From the NCBI GenBank assembly GCA_045806005.1, contig JBJMKE010000013.1, positions 45,685 to 109,684 of the forward strand: a stretch of 64,000 nt of DNA, given 5' to 3'. Position 1 is the stretch's first letter, and each line of letters begins with the position of its first letter. Below are positions 27,930 through 36,251 of the stretch, piece after piece. A model generated the notes under the pieces. That model saw nothing but the letters and a program-made list of their open reading frames with translations, had not been told where the DNA came from and did no database searches. Source of the DNA: Gaiellaceae bacterium. GTDB lineage: Bacteria; Actinomycetota; Thermoleophilia; Gaiellales; Gaiellaceae. The position numbers and the translations under genes are program-made.

Positions 27930-28955
27930 GTGGAACCGCTTCTCGTCCGCGTGCTCCGGCGCGAGCCGGCCGAGCGAACGCCCGTCTGGTTCATGCGGCA
28001 GGCGGGCCGCTCGCTGCCCGAGTACCGGGCACTGAGGGAGAGGCACGGCTTCTTCGAGATCGCCGGGACGCCGGAGCTCTGCGCCGAGGTGACGCTGCAG
28101 CCCGTGCGCCGGCACGGCGTCGATGCGGCCGTCCTCTTCGCCGACATCATGTCGCCCGTCCTCGGGATGGGCGTCGACGTCGAGCTCGTCGAGGGAGTCG
28201 GGCCCGTCGTGGACGAGCGGATCGACTCGGCGGCCGCCGTCGAGCGCCTGCGCGTCGCCGAGCCGGAGGAGTGGGCGGCGCCGATCCTCGAGGCGGTGCG
28301 GCTCGTGCGCGCCGAGCTCGAGCCGGAGCAGGCGCTGGTCGGCTTCTGCGGCGGCCCCTTCACGGTCGCCGGCTATCTCGTCGAGGGCAAGCCCAGCCGC
28401 GACTTCGTCCGCACGAAGGCGCTCATGTATCGCGAGCCCGAAGTGTGGCACGCGCTGCTGGAGCGGCTGACCGAGCAGTTCGCGCGCTACGTCTCCGCGA
28501 CGGCGGCCGCCGGCGCCGACGCGATCCAGCTCTTCGACTCCTGGGTCGGCGCGCTTTCCGTGGCGGACTACCGGGAGTTCGTCGCTCCGTACTCGGCGCG
28601 CGTGTTGGAGGCCGCGGCTGTGCCGACGATCCACTTCGGCACGGGAGCCACGACGCAGTTGCTCGCGGAGATGGCCACAGCCGGCGGCAGTGCGCTCGGC
28701 GTCGACTGGCGCATCAGTCTCGACGACGCCTGGACGTCCGTCGGCGACGAGCGTGCCATCCAGGGAAATCTCGAGCCGGCCGTGCTGCTCGGCCCGTGGG
28801 AGCGCGCGGAATGGGCCGCGCTGGACGTCCTCCGGCGCGCCGGCGGACGGCCGGGCCACGTCTTCAACCTCGGCCACGGCGTCCTCCCGCAGACGGATCC
28901 CGACGCGCTGACACGGCTTGCCGAGCTCGTCCGTAGCTACGGTCACGCGGCATGA
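27930..28955 (+). CDS. hemE: Uroporphyrinogen decarboxylase
   Basis: 341 aa. The motif PVWFMRQAGRSLPEYR and the overall sequence are HemE-like. Confidence 0.9.
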   Translation: MEPLLVRVLRREPAERTPVWFMRQAGRSLPEYRALRERHGFFEIAGTPELCAEVTLQPVRRHGVDAAVLFADIMSPVLGMGVDVELVEGVGPVVDERIDSAAAVERLRVAEPEEWAAPILEAVRLVRAELEPEQALVGFCGGPFTVAGYLVEGKPSRDFVRTKALMYREPEVWHALLERLTEQFARYVSATAAAGADAIQLFDSWVGALSVADYREFVAPYSARVLEAAAVPTIHFGTGATTQLLAEMATAGGSALGVDWRISLDDAWTSVGDERAIQGNLEPAVLLGPWERAEWAALDVLRRAGGRPGHVFNLGHGVLPQTDPDALTRLAELVRSYGHAA

Positions 28956-29833
28956 AGAGCGCGGTCGTGCTCATGGCCTACGGCTCGCCCGAGCGGCTCT
29001 CGGACGTCCCGGCCTACTACTCGGACATCCGCGGGGGCCGCCCGATCGCGCCCGAGCGCCTCGCCGATCTCGTCGAGCGCTACCGGCGCCTGGGGATCGA
29101 GGACTCCTCGCCGCTGAACGCGATCACCGAGCAGACGCGCGCCGCCCTCGAGGCCGAGCTCGGCTTCCCGGTCTTCACCGGGATGAAGCACTGGAGGCCG
29201 AGGATCTCGGACGCCGCCGCTTCGGCGCTTTCCTCGGGAGCGGACGAAGTCGTCGGGCTCGTGCTGGCGCCGCACTACTCCGCGCTGTCGATCGCGGGCT
29301 ACCGCGAGCAGCTCGAGCGGGCGCTCGCCCGCCGCGCGGAGCTGCGCTTCGTCGACAGCTGGCACGACGAGCCGGGCTTCGTCGAGCTGCTGGCCGACCG
29401 CGTCCGCGGCACCGACGGGCACGTCGTCTTCACCGCACACTCGCTTCCCGCGCGGATCCTCGAGAGCGGCGATCCCTACAAGGGGCAGTTGCTCGAGACA
29501 TCCCGGCTCGTAGCCGAGGCGGCTGGCCTGACGGAGTGGAGCTTCTCCTTCCAGAGCGAGTCGCCGACCGGCGAGCCGTGGCTCGGGCCGGACATCCTCG
29601 ACCATCTGGAGTCGCTGCGCCGCCAGGGAGTCGAGCACGTGCTCGTCTGCCCCGTCGGCTTCGTCTCGGACCACCTCGAGATCCGCTGGGATCTCGACGT
29701 CGAGGCGCAGGAGAAAGCGGCCGAGCTCGGACTGAGGCTCGAGCGGATCGAGATGCCGAATGCAGATCCGCAGTTTGTACGGACGCTCGCGGGGATTGTG
29801 AAGCGGGCGCTGTCGGTACCGTCACCCGCGTGA
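28952..29833 (+). CDS. hemH: Ferrochelatase (coproporphyrin ferrochelatase type expected in this lineage)
   Basis: 293 aa. Motifs are VVLMAYGSP, FTAHSLP and VCPVGFVSDHLE. The start is in an ATGA overlap with hemE. Confidence 0.9.
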   Translation: MKSAVVLMAYGSPERLSDVPAYYSDIRGGRPIAPERLADLVERYRRLGIEDSSPLNAITEQTRAALEAELGFPVFTGMKHWRPRISDAAASALSSGADEVVGLVLAPHYSALSIAGYREQLERALARRAELRFVDSWHDEPGFVELLADRVRGTDGHVVFTAHSLPARILESGDPYKGQLLETSRLVAEAAGLTEWSFSFQSESPTGEPWLGPDILDHLESLRRQGVEHVLVCPVGFVSDHLEIRWDLDVEAQEKAAELGLRLERIEMPNADPQFVRTLAGIVKRALSVPSPA

Positions 29834-30105
29834 GCTCGCGCACCTGCCCAGACTGGCCCGAGCTGATGGAGATCGCGCCGGAGCTCCAGTTCAAGCACTA
29901 CACCGTCGCCGAGGCGAGGCTGCCGGCGGACGCGCTGATGCACGTCGCCGAGATCTCGCTCTCGGACGTCGCGATCTGCTGTGACCTCGACCGTCACGTC
30001 TTCTGGGCCGAGCACACGGAGCCGAAGGTCGCCGACGCCCTCCGCTCGAGCCACTGGTTCGAGGTCCGCGACTGGGTCTCCGCCGGCCGCCCGGGCTCGC
30101 TCTGA
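29830..30105 (+). CDS. Hypothetical 91-aa protein translationally coupled to hemH
   Basis: The GTG at 29830 overlaps the hemH stop (GTGA). GC3 is high throughout, and I recognise no family. It was extracted from the tail of track ORF 28918-30105. Confidence 0.55.
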   Translation: MSSRTCPDWPELMEIAPELQFKHYTVAEARLPADALMHVAEISLSDVAICCDLDRHVFWAEHTEPKVADALRSSHWFEVRDWVSAGRPGSL

Positions 30106-30106
30106 C

Positions 30107-30211
30107 GACCGGTAGCAGCCACTGCACGTCTTTGTAACGGCGGAAGACCGCTTGGTTGAGCAGTTCGGGCCGTCGGAAATGACGGTTTCGTGACGGTGGC
30201 TGCTACCGGTC
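30107..30211. repeat. Perfect 16-bp inverted repeat enclosing 73 nt between convergent genes
   Basis: GACCGGTAGCAGCCAC at 30107-30122 is the exact reverse complement of 30196-30211. The right arm contains the last two codons and the TAG of the dehydrogenase gene. The interior has an inner hairpin, CCGTCggaaatGACGG. Confidence 0.7.
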
Positions 30212-31093
30212 TACCGCGTTCGGGAGCGGCTCGCCGCGGGAGAAGGCGAGCACGTTGTCGACCAGGACTCGCGTCATCGCTGCCCGCGTCTCGGCGGTCG
30301 CGCTCGCGATGTGCGGGGTGAGCACCACGTTCGGGAGCCCCAGCAGGCGCTCCGGCACGCGTGGCTCGTCGGCGAAGACGTCCAGGCCAGCGGAGATACG
30401 GCCGGACACCAGCTCGTCGACGAGCGCCTCCTCGTCCACGATCGCGCCTCGCGCCGTGTTGATCAGCGTCGCGCCGTCCTGGAGCAGGGCGAGACGCTCG
30501 CGCGAGAGCAGGTCGCGCGTCTCCATCGAGAGCGGCACGTGGAGCGAGACGACGTCGGACGAGCGGAGGAGCTCCTCGAGCGGGATCCCGTCGCTGCGGC
30601 GGTGGTGCCCTACGCGCATCCCGAAGGCCTCTGCGCGCCGGGCGACCTCGGAGCCGATCCGCCCCATGCCCACGAGCCCGAGTGTCGAGCCGGCGAGGTC
30701 GCGGCCGAGCAGCTCCGGCCGCGCCCAGCCGCGCCGCCAGCGTCCCTCGCGCACGAAGCGGTCCGACCCGACGAGATGGCGGCGGCAGGCGAGGATCAGC
30801 GCGAGCGTCATGTCGGCCACCGCCGCGTCGAGGACGCCGGGCGTGTTCGTCACCGAGATCCCGCGCTCCCGGCAGGCGGCGACGTCCACCATGTCGTAGC
30901 CGACGCCGTAGTTGGCCACGAGCCGCAGGTCGGGGACGAGGTCGAGCTCCTCGTCGCTCACCCGGACGACGACCGCGACCAGCGCCTCGATGCCCGGGAG
31001 CGGCTCCCCGGGCGGCCACGTCTCGAGCACCTCGACCCCGGGCAGCTCGTCCCACGCCGGGCCCGGGAGCTTCTGCGTCGCGGCGATCCTCAT
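30203..31093 (-). CDS. D-isomer-specific 2-hydroxyacid dehydrogenase (glyoxylate/hydroxypyruvate reductase-like)
   Basis: Starts at MRIAATQ, the ATG at 31093. Motifs are GLVGMGRIGSEVARR and NTARGAIVDE, with a PHIASAT tail. 296 aa. Confidence 0.85.
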   Translation of the reverse strand: MRIAATQKLPGPAWDELPGVEVLETWPPGEPLPGIEALVAVVVRVSDEELDLVPDLRLVANYGVGYDMVDVAACRERGISVTNTPGVLDAAVADMTLALILACRRHLVGSDRFVREGRWRRGWARPELLGRDLAGSTLGLVGMGRIGSEVARRAEAFGMRVGHHRRSDGIPLEELLRSSDVVSLHVPLSMETRDLLSRERLALLQDGATLINTARGAIVDEEALVDELVSGRISAGLDVFADEPRVPERLLGLPNVVLTPHIASATAETRAAMTRVLVDNVLAFSRGEPLPNAVDR

Positions 31094-32688
31094 CGCCGGA
31101 GTATCTCCGCGAGCGGGCGCGTGTTCAGGACGTCGGCGGCGCCGGCCCAGCCGCGCCGCGCGGTCGTGACCGCGAGTCGCATGTTGCCGAGGCCCTGCAC
31201 GGAGTGGGCATCGGTCGAGCAGACGATCGGGACGCGGGCTTCGACCGCGAGCCGCACCTCCACGTCGCACAGGTCGAGCCGGTCGGGCAGGCCGTTCGTC
31301 TCGAGCGCGACGCCCGTCTCGAGCGCGACCTCGATCGTCCGCTCCAGGTCGAGCGCGTTCTGCGGCCGGTGGTTGAGGATCCGGCCGCGGGGATGGCTGA
31401 GGCAGCGAACAGCGGGATGCCGCATGGCCTCCGTCACGCGCGCCGTCAGCTCCGCCTGCGGCAGGCGCTGCCCGGCATGGAGCGAGAGCTGCACCCACTC
31501 GAGCTCCGCCAGGACGTCGTCCGGGAGGTCGAGGTTGCCGTCGGCGCGGATGTCGCATTCGGCGCCGCGGAGGACGCGGAACGGCCCCAGCTCCTCGTTT
31601 GCAGCCGCGATCTCCTCGGCCTGGCGCCGCAGTGCGTCGGCGTCCAGCCCCGGCACGACCCGCACGTTCGGCGTGTGGTCGCAGATCGCGAGGTACTCGT
31701 AGCCACGGTCGCGCGCGGCAGTTGCCATCTCGAGGACGGAGGCCTTGCCGTCGGACCAGGTCGTGTGGCAGTGGAGATCTCCGCGGATGTCGGACTCCTC
31801 GACGAGCGGCGCCGGGTCTCCCCGGAACGGCGTCTCCCGCAGCTCGGGCGGCAGCCACTCGATGCCGAGACGCTCGTAGACCGCCTCCTCGGTCGGCGCG
31901 TCCGGCAGCGGCTCGAGCGCCGCGACGTAGGCGTCGGCACCCGTCGCGCGCACGAGCTCCGTGCCGAAGCGCTCCGGAGCCGCGGCGACCAGCTCGACCG
32001 GGATCCCTTCGACCGTGACGCCCACGGCACGAGCGTCGTCGCGCTCGATCACGGCGACGACCTCCGGCCGCCCGAGGAACGACTCGAGCGCGCCGGGCGC
32101 CTGCGACACCAGCACGAGCCGGTGCACGAGCTCGCAACCGCGCCGCAGCTCGCCGGCGGGAACGGCGCCGAGCGGCGTAGCGATCGCCTCCGCGAGCGCG
32201 AAGGCGCGGTTGCGGGTCAGGCCGCGCCGGGCGGGCTGCGGCTCGCGGGAAAGCGCCGCGAGCACCTTCGCCTCGGTCGCCGGGCCGACGCCGGGCGCGT
32301 CCCGCAGGCGGCCGGCTGCGGCCGCGGCCCGGAGCTCGTCGGCGGTCCGGATCCCGAGCGACCTGCCGAGCGTGACGAGCCGCTGTGGCCCGATCCCGAG
32401 ATAGCGGCCGAGCGCGACGAGCTCCGGCTCGACCTCGCGCTCGAGCTCTTCGAGCTCCGCGATCCGGCCGGTCTCGACCAGCTCGCGCAGGCGCCGCTCG
32501 ATCCCCGGCCCGATGCCGCGGAGCTCGCGCGCGCGGCCGTTGCGCACGAGCTCCTCGACGGGCGCCGGAGTCGAGCGGATCAGGTCGGCGGCACGCCGGT
32601 ACGCACGCACGCTCCAGTTGCCCGCGCCCGCGAGGTCGAGCAGCGCGGCGTACGCGTCGAGCGTGCCCGCGATCTCGGCGTTGTCCAC
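31090..32688 (-). CDS. polX: PolX-family protein (Pol beta-like N-terminal part plus PHP domain)
   Basis: 532 aa. HhH-type segments are RELRGIGPGIERRL and LRDAPGVGPATEAKV. The PHP motifs DLHCHTTWSDG, AICDH, GAECD, SLHAG, LSHP and STDAH are all present. Confidence 0.85.
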   Translation of the reverse strand: MDNAEIAGTLDAYAALLDLAGAGNWSVRAYRRAADLIRSTPAPVEELVRNGRARELRGIGPGIERRLRELVETGRIAELEELEREVEPELVALGRYLGIGPQRLVTLGRSLGIRTADELRAAAAAGRLRDAPGVGPATEAKVLAALSREPQPARRGLTRNRAFALAEAIATPLGAVPAGELRRGCELVHRLVLVSQAPGALESFLGRPEVVAVIERDDARAVGVTVEGIPVELVAAAPERFGTELVRATGADAYVAALEPLPDAPTEEAVYERLGIEWLPPELRETPFRGDPAPLVEESDIRGDLHCHTTWSDGKASVLEMATAARDRGYEYLAICDHTPNVRVVPGLDADALRRQAEEIAAANEELGPFRVLRGAECDIRADGNLDLPDDVLAELEWVQLSLHAGQRLPQAELTARVTEAMRHPAVRCLSHPRGRILNHRPQNALDLERTIEVALETGVALETNGLPDRLDLCDVEVRLAVEARVPIVCSTDAHSVQGLGNMRLAVTTARRGWAGAADVLNTRPLAEILRR

Positions 32689-32705
32689 GGGGCTAGTGTC
32701 CCCTC

Positions 32706-33311
32706 ATGGCCACCGTCGTGATCCCGTTCGCCGGCGCGGAGGGAAAGACGCGCCTGCACGAATCGCGGCGCGTGCGGCGGGCTCTCGGTCAGGCGATGTT
32801 CTGCGACGTCCTCGCCGCCTGCGTCTCGGTCGGCCGCACGCGGGTGGTGACGCCGGACGAGGAGGCCGCGGCGGCAGCGCTCGACGCCGGCGCGGAGACC
32901 GTCGCCGACCCGGGCGGCGGCCAGGGCACAGCCGTCCAGGCCGCTCTCGGAGGCGTCGGCCCCGGCGGCATCCTCGTCGTCAACGCCGACGTCCCGTGCG
33001 TCGTGCCTGACGACCTCCGCGCGCTTCTCTCCGCGACGCCGGCGGGCTCCTTCGCGCTCGTCGAGGCGCTCGACGGCACGACCAACGCGCTCAGCGTGCC
33101 GGCCGTCGAGGCCTTCGCGCCGCTCTACGGCCGTGACAGCGCCGACCGCTTCCGCGCGCACGCCGCTTCCCTGGGCCTCGACGCCGTCTCCGTCGCGCTG
33201 CCGAACCTCGCGGACGACGTGGACACGATGGAGGACCTGACGCGCCTCCAGCTCCGGGCTGGCCCGCGCACGCAGGCGTGCCTCGCGGAGCTCGAGGGGA
33301 GTGTCGTCTGA
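32706..33311 (+). CDS. cofC: 2-phospho-L-lactate/EPPG guanylyltransferase (CofC/FbiD)
   Basis: 201 aa. The N-terminus VVIPFAGAEGKTRL and the segment VVNADVP match the family. It lies immediately upstream of cofD. Confidence 0.8.
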   Translation: MATVVIPFAGAEGKTRLHESRRVRRALGQAMFCDVLAACVSVGRTRVVTPDEEAAAAALDAGAETVADPGGGQGTAVQAALGGVGPGGILVVNADVPCVVPDDLRALLSATPAGSFALVEALDGTTNALSVPAVEAFAPLYGRDSADRFRAHAASLGLDAVSVALPNLADDVDTMEDLTRLQLRAGPRTQACLAELEGSVV

Positions 33312-34231
33312 ACGTCGCGGTCCTGTCGGGAGGCGTCGGAGGCGCGCGCTTCGTCTGCGGCGTCGTCGACGTCGCAGGCGCCTCGGCGACGACCGTAATC
33401 GGCAACGTCGGCGACGACGTCGAGGTGCTCGGGCTTCACGTCTCGCCCGACCTCGACTCGATCCTCTACGCGCTCGCCGGCCTCGCGGACGAGCGGCGCG
33501 GCTGGGGACGCAGCGACGAGACCTGGCGCGCGCTCGAGACCGTGGGCGAGCTCGGCGGCGAGGACTGGTTCGCGCTCGGCGACCTCGACCTCGGCCTCCA
33601 CCTCGTGCGCACGCAGGCGCTGCGCGGCGGTCGGCCGCTCTCCGCCGTGACGCCCCGGCTCGCGGAGGCGCTCGGCGTCGAGACCCGGCTGCTGCCGGCG
33701 ACGGACGACCGGCTCCGCACCTGGCTCGAGACGCCGGCCGGGACGTTCCCGTTCCAGGAGTGGTTCGTGGCGCGCGGTCACCGCGACGAGGTGGACGCCG
33801 TGCGCTTCGAGGGAGAGGATTCGGCGCGGCCCGCGCCGGGGACGCTCGAGGCGCTCGCGGGCGCCGACCTGATCCTCCTGGCGCCGAGCAACCCATACGT
33901 CTCGCTCGGGCCGATCCTCGCCGTGCGCGAGCTGCGGGAGGCGTTGGCGAGGCGGCGGGTCCCGTGCGTCGCGGTCAGCCCCCTGATCGGCGGCCGCGCC
34001 GTCAAGGGCCCGGCCGACCGGATGCTGCAACGGCTCGCCGGCGGCGCCTCACCCCGGCATGTGACAAGTTGTTACAAGGGGCTCATCGACGTGCTCGTCG
34101 TGGACGAGGCCGACGCCGACGACCTCGACGGGCTCGGGGACGTCCGGCCGCTGATCACCCGGACCCTGATGTCCGATCGGGACGCTCGTCGCCGGCTCGC
34201 GGAGGTAGCGCTGGGAGCTGTCCCCGCATGA
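33278..34231 (+). CDS. cofD: LPPG:FO 2-phospho-L-lactate transferase (CofD/FbiA)
   Basis: Motifs are VAVLSGGVGGARF and LAPSNPYVSLGPIL. With the ATG at 33278 the gene overlaps cofC by 34 nt. An alternative CTG lies at 33308. Confidence 0.85.
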   Translation: MPRGARGECRLNVAVLSGGVGGARFVCGVVDVAGASATTVIGNVGDDVEVLGLHVSPDLDSILYALAGLADERRGWGRSDETWRALETVGELGGEDWFALGDLDLGLHLVRTQALRGGRPLSAVTPRLAEALGVETRLLPATDDRLRTWLETPAGTFPFQEWFVARGHRDEVDAVRFEGEDSARPAPGTLEALAGADLILLAPSNPYVSLGPILAVRELREALARRRVPCVAVSPLIGGRAVKGPADRMLQRLAGGASPRHVTSCYKGLIDVLVVDEADADDLDGLGDVRPLITRTLMSDRDARRRLAEVALGAVPA

Positions 34232-34824
34232 GGGTCGCGATCGTGGGCGGAACGGGCGACTTCGGGCTCGCGCTCGCACGACGCCTCGTCGAGGCGGGCG
34301 ACGACGTCGTGATCGGGTCACGCGACCCGGGACGGGCGCAGGAGAAGGCGCAAGAGGTCGGCGCGTCGAGCGGCGCGGCGAACGAGGACGCGGTGCGCGA
34401 CGTGGATCTCGTCGTGTTCGCGACGAAGGCCGACGGCGCGCTCGCGACGGCGGAAGGACTCGCGGACGCGATCGGGGAGACGCCGGTGCTCAGCGTGGCA
34501 AGCGACCTGCGGTCGACCGACTCGCGCTCCCTCGCCCAGCGCACCCAGGAGCTCGTTCGCGCCCCGGTCGTCGCCGGCCTCCATTCGCTCGCCGCGGGGA
34601 AGCTCGCGCACGGGCGTCCCGACGAGGACGCCTTCGTCTGCGGCGACGACGCCGACGCCAAGGCACTGGCGCTCCAGCTCGCCGCGAAGGTCGTGGCCGG
34701 CCGCGCGCTCGATGCCGGGCCGCTCGCGAGCGCGCGGGCGCTCGAGGGCATGACGGCGGTAATCGTCAACCTGAACAAGCGCTACAAGGGGCACGCCGGG
34801 ATCCGCGTCACGGGCCTCCCGTGA
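34228..34824 (+). CDS. NADP-dependent F420 reductase-like Rossmann oxidoreductase (Fno/NpdG family)
   Basis: The ATG at 34228 is in an ATGA overlap with cofD. The N-terminus reads MRVAIVGGTGDFGLALARRLVEAGDDVVIGSRD. 198 aa. Confidence 0.75.
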   Translation: MRVAIVGGTGDFGLALARRLVEAGDDVVIGSRDPGRAQEKAQEVGASSGAANEDAVRDVDLVVFATKADGALATAEGLADAIGETPVLSVASDLRSTDSRSLAQRTQELVRAPVVAGLHSLAAGKLAHGRPDEDAFVCGDDADAKALALQLAAKVVAGRALDAGPLASARALEGMTAVIVNLNKRYKGHAGIRVTGLP

Positions 34825-36005
34825 TCCAGGTCGTCGAGATCGACGACCCGGCGGAGCGGTCGCGCATCGCCGGGGCCGTGCTCCGCGACCTGCCCGAGTG
34901 GTTCGGGATCGAGACCGCCACCGCCGCGTACGTCGAGCACGCGGCGACGCTCCCGACCTTCGCGGTCGAGCCGGACGCCGGCTTCCTGTGCCTCGAGCGG
35001 CACACCCCTCGCGCGGCCGAGCTCTACGTCATGGGCGTCCGGCGAGAGCAGCACCGGCGCGGCATCGGTCGTGCGCTCGTCGCCGCGGCCGAAGCCTGGT
35101 GCCGAGCACACCGCATCCGCTACCTCCACGTGAAGACGCTGGGCCCGTCGCGATCGAGCCGCGGCTACGACGCCACGCGGGCGTTCTACGAGGCGCTCGG
35201 CTTCGTCGCCCTCGAGGAGCTGCACGGTCTCTGGAGCGAGGGCAACCCGGCGCTGATCCTCGTCAAGGACGTCGGCAGCGGGTTCTCGGTCACGCCGGTC
35301 GAAGCGCTGCCGGAGCTGCGTGAGGGAGACGATCTCGCCGCGCTCGTGGCGGAGCGCGCGGAGCTCGAGGACGGCGACGTGGTCGTGGTGGCGCAGAAGG
35401 CCGTCTCGAAGGTCGAGGGCCGGGTCGTGGCGCTCGCCGGCGTCGAGGCCTCGGAGCAGGCGCGGGAGCTCGCGGGCGACGAGGCGGATCCGCGTCGGAT
35501 CCAGGTCATCCTCGACGAGGCCGTAGAGCTCGTCCGCGTCCGGCCGCCGCTCCTCATCGCCCGCACCCGGCACGGCTTCGTCTGCGGCTCCGCCGGCGTC
35601 GACGCCTCGAACGCGCCGGCCCCCGAGACCGTCGTCCTCCTCCCGCTCGATCCCGACGCCTCGGCCGCGCGGCTGCGGGAGGAGCTGCGCGAGCGCACCG
35701 GCGCCGACGTCGGCGTGATCGTGACCGACTCCTTCGGCCGCCCGTGGCGCGCAGCCACGACGGACGTCGCGATCGGCGCGGCCGGAATCGAGGTCGTGCG
35801 CGACCTCGACGGGAAGCGGGATCCGACCGGCTACGAGCTGCACGCCACCCGGATCGCCGTCGCGGACGAGATCGCGGGCGCCGCCCAGCTCGTCTTCGGC
35901 AAGCTCGACCGCGTGCCGGTCGCCGTCGTCCGCGGGCTCCAGGTGCGTGGCGACGGCCGCGCAGCCGACATCGTCATCCCGCCCGACACCGATCTGTTCC
36001 GCTAG
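34821..36005 (+). CDS. cofE: GNAT acetyltransferase domain fused to F420-0:gamma-glutamyl ligase (CofE)
   Basis: The GTG at 34821 is in a GTGA overlap with the upstream gene. Residues 1-150 carry GNAT motif A, VRREQHRRGIGRALVAAAEAW. Residues 155-394 are CofE-like: VVVAQKAVSKVEGR, GVDASN and IVTDSFGRPWR. No nitroreductase-like C-terminal domain is present. Confidence 0.8.
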   Translation: MIQVVEIDDPAERSRIAGAVLRDLPEWFGIETATAAYVEHAATLPTFAVEPDAGFLCLERHTPRAAELYVMGVRREQHRRGIGRALVAAAEAWCRAHRIRYLHVKTLGPSRSSRGYDATRAFYEALGFVALEELHGLWSEGNPALILVKDVGSGFSVTPVEALPELREGDDLAALVAERAELEDGDVVVVAQKAVSKVEGRVVALAGVEASEQARELAGDEADPRRIQVILDEAVELVRVRPPLLIARTRHGFVCGSAGVDASNAPAPETVVLLPLDPDASAARLREELRERTGADVGVIVTDSFGRPWRAATTDVAIGAAGIEVVRDLDGKRDPTGYELHATRIAVADEIAGAAQLVFGKLDRVPVAVVRGLQVRGDGRAADIVIPPDTDLFR

Positions 36006-36015
36006 AAACCGCATC

Positions 36016-36249
36016 GTGGATGCGATCGAGCAGGCCAACGCGCTTCTGCAGGAAAAGGGCTACGCCGAGCGAGATCTCGCCGTCCACACGGGGCCGCGGG
36101 GGAAGGCGCTGCTCAAGGGCAACAAGATCCTCAGCCCGCTCAGCGACGAGGCCGACCTGGTGCTGCGCGTGGTCCAGGAGCTGGTGCCGGCGGATGCCGA
36201 GCTCGGCGGGAAGATCCTGCGCCCGGCGGAGCTCCGAGCGAGGCTGTAG
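36016..36249 (+). CDS. Hypothetical 77-aa protein immediately upstream of the sensor kinase
   Basis: The GTG at 36016 follows the cofE stop. GC3-rich codons are used. Its stop lies 2 nt before the kinase start. I recognise no family. Confidence 0.45.
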   Translation: MDAIEQANALLQEKGYAERDLAVHTGPRGKALLKGNKILSPLSDEADLVLRVVQELVPADAELGGKILRPAELRARL

Positions 36250-36251
36250 CA

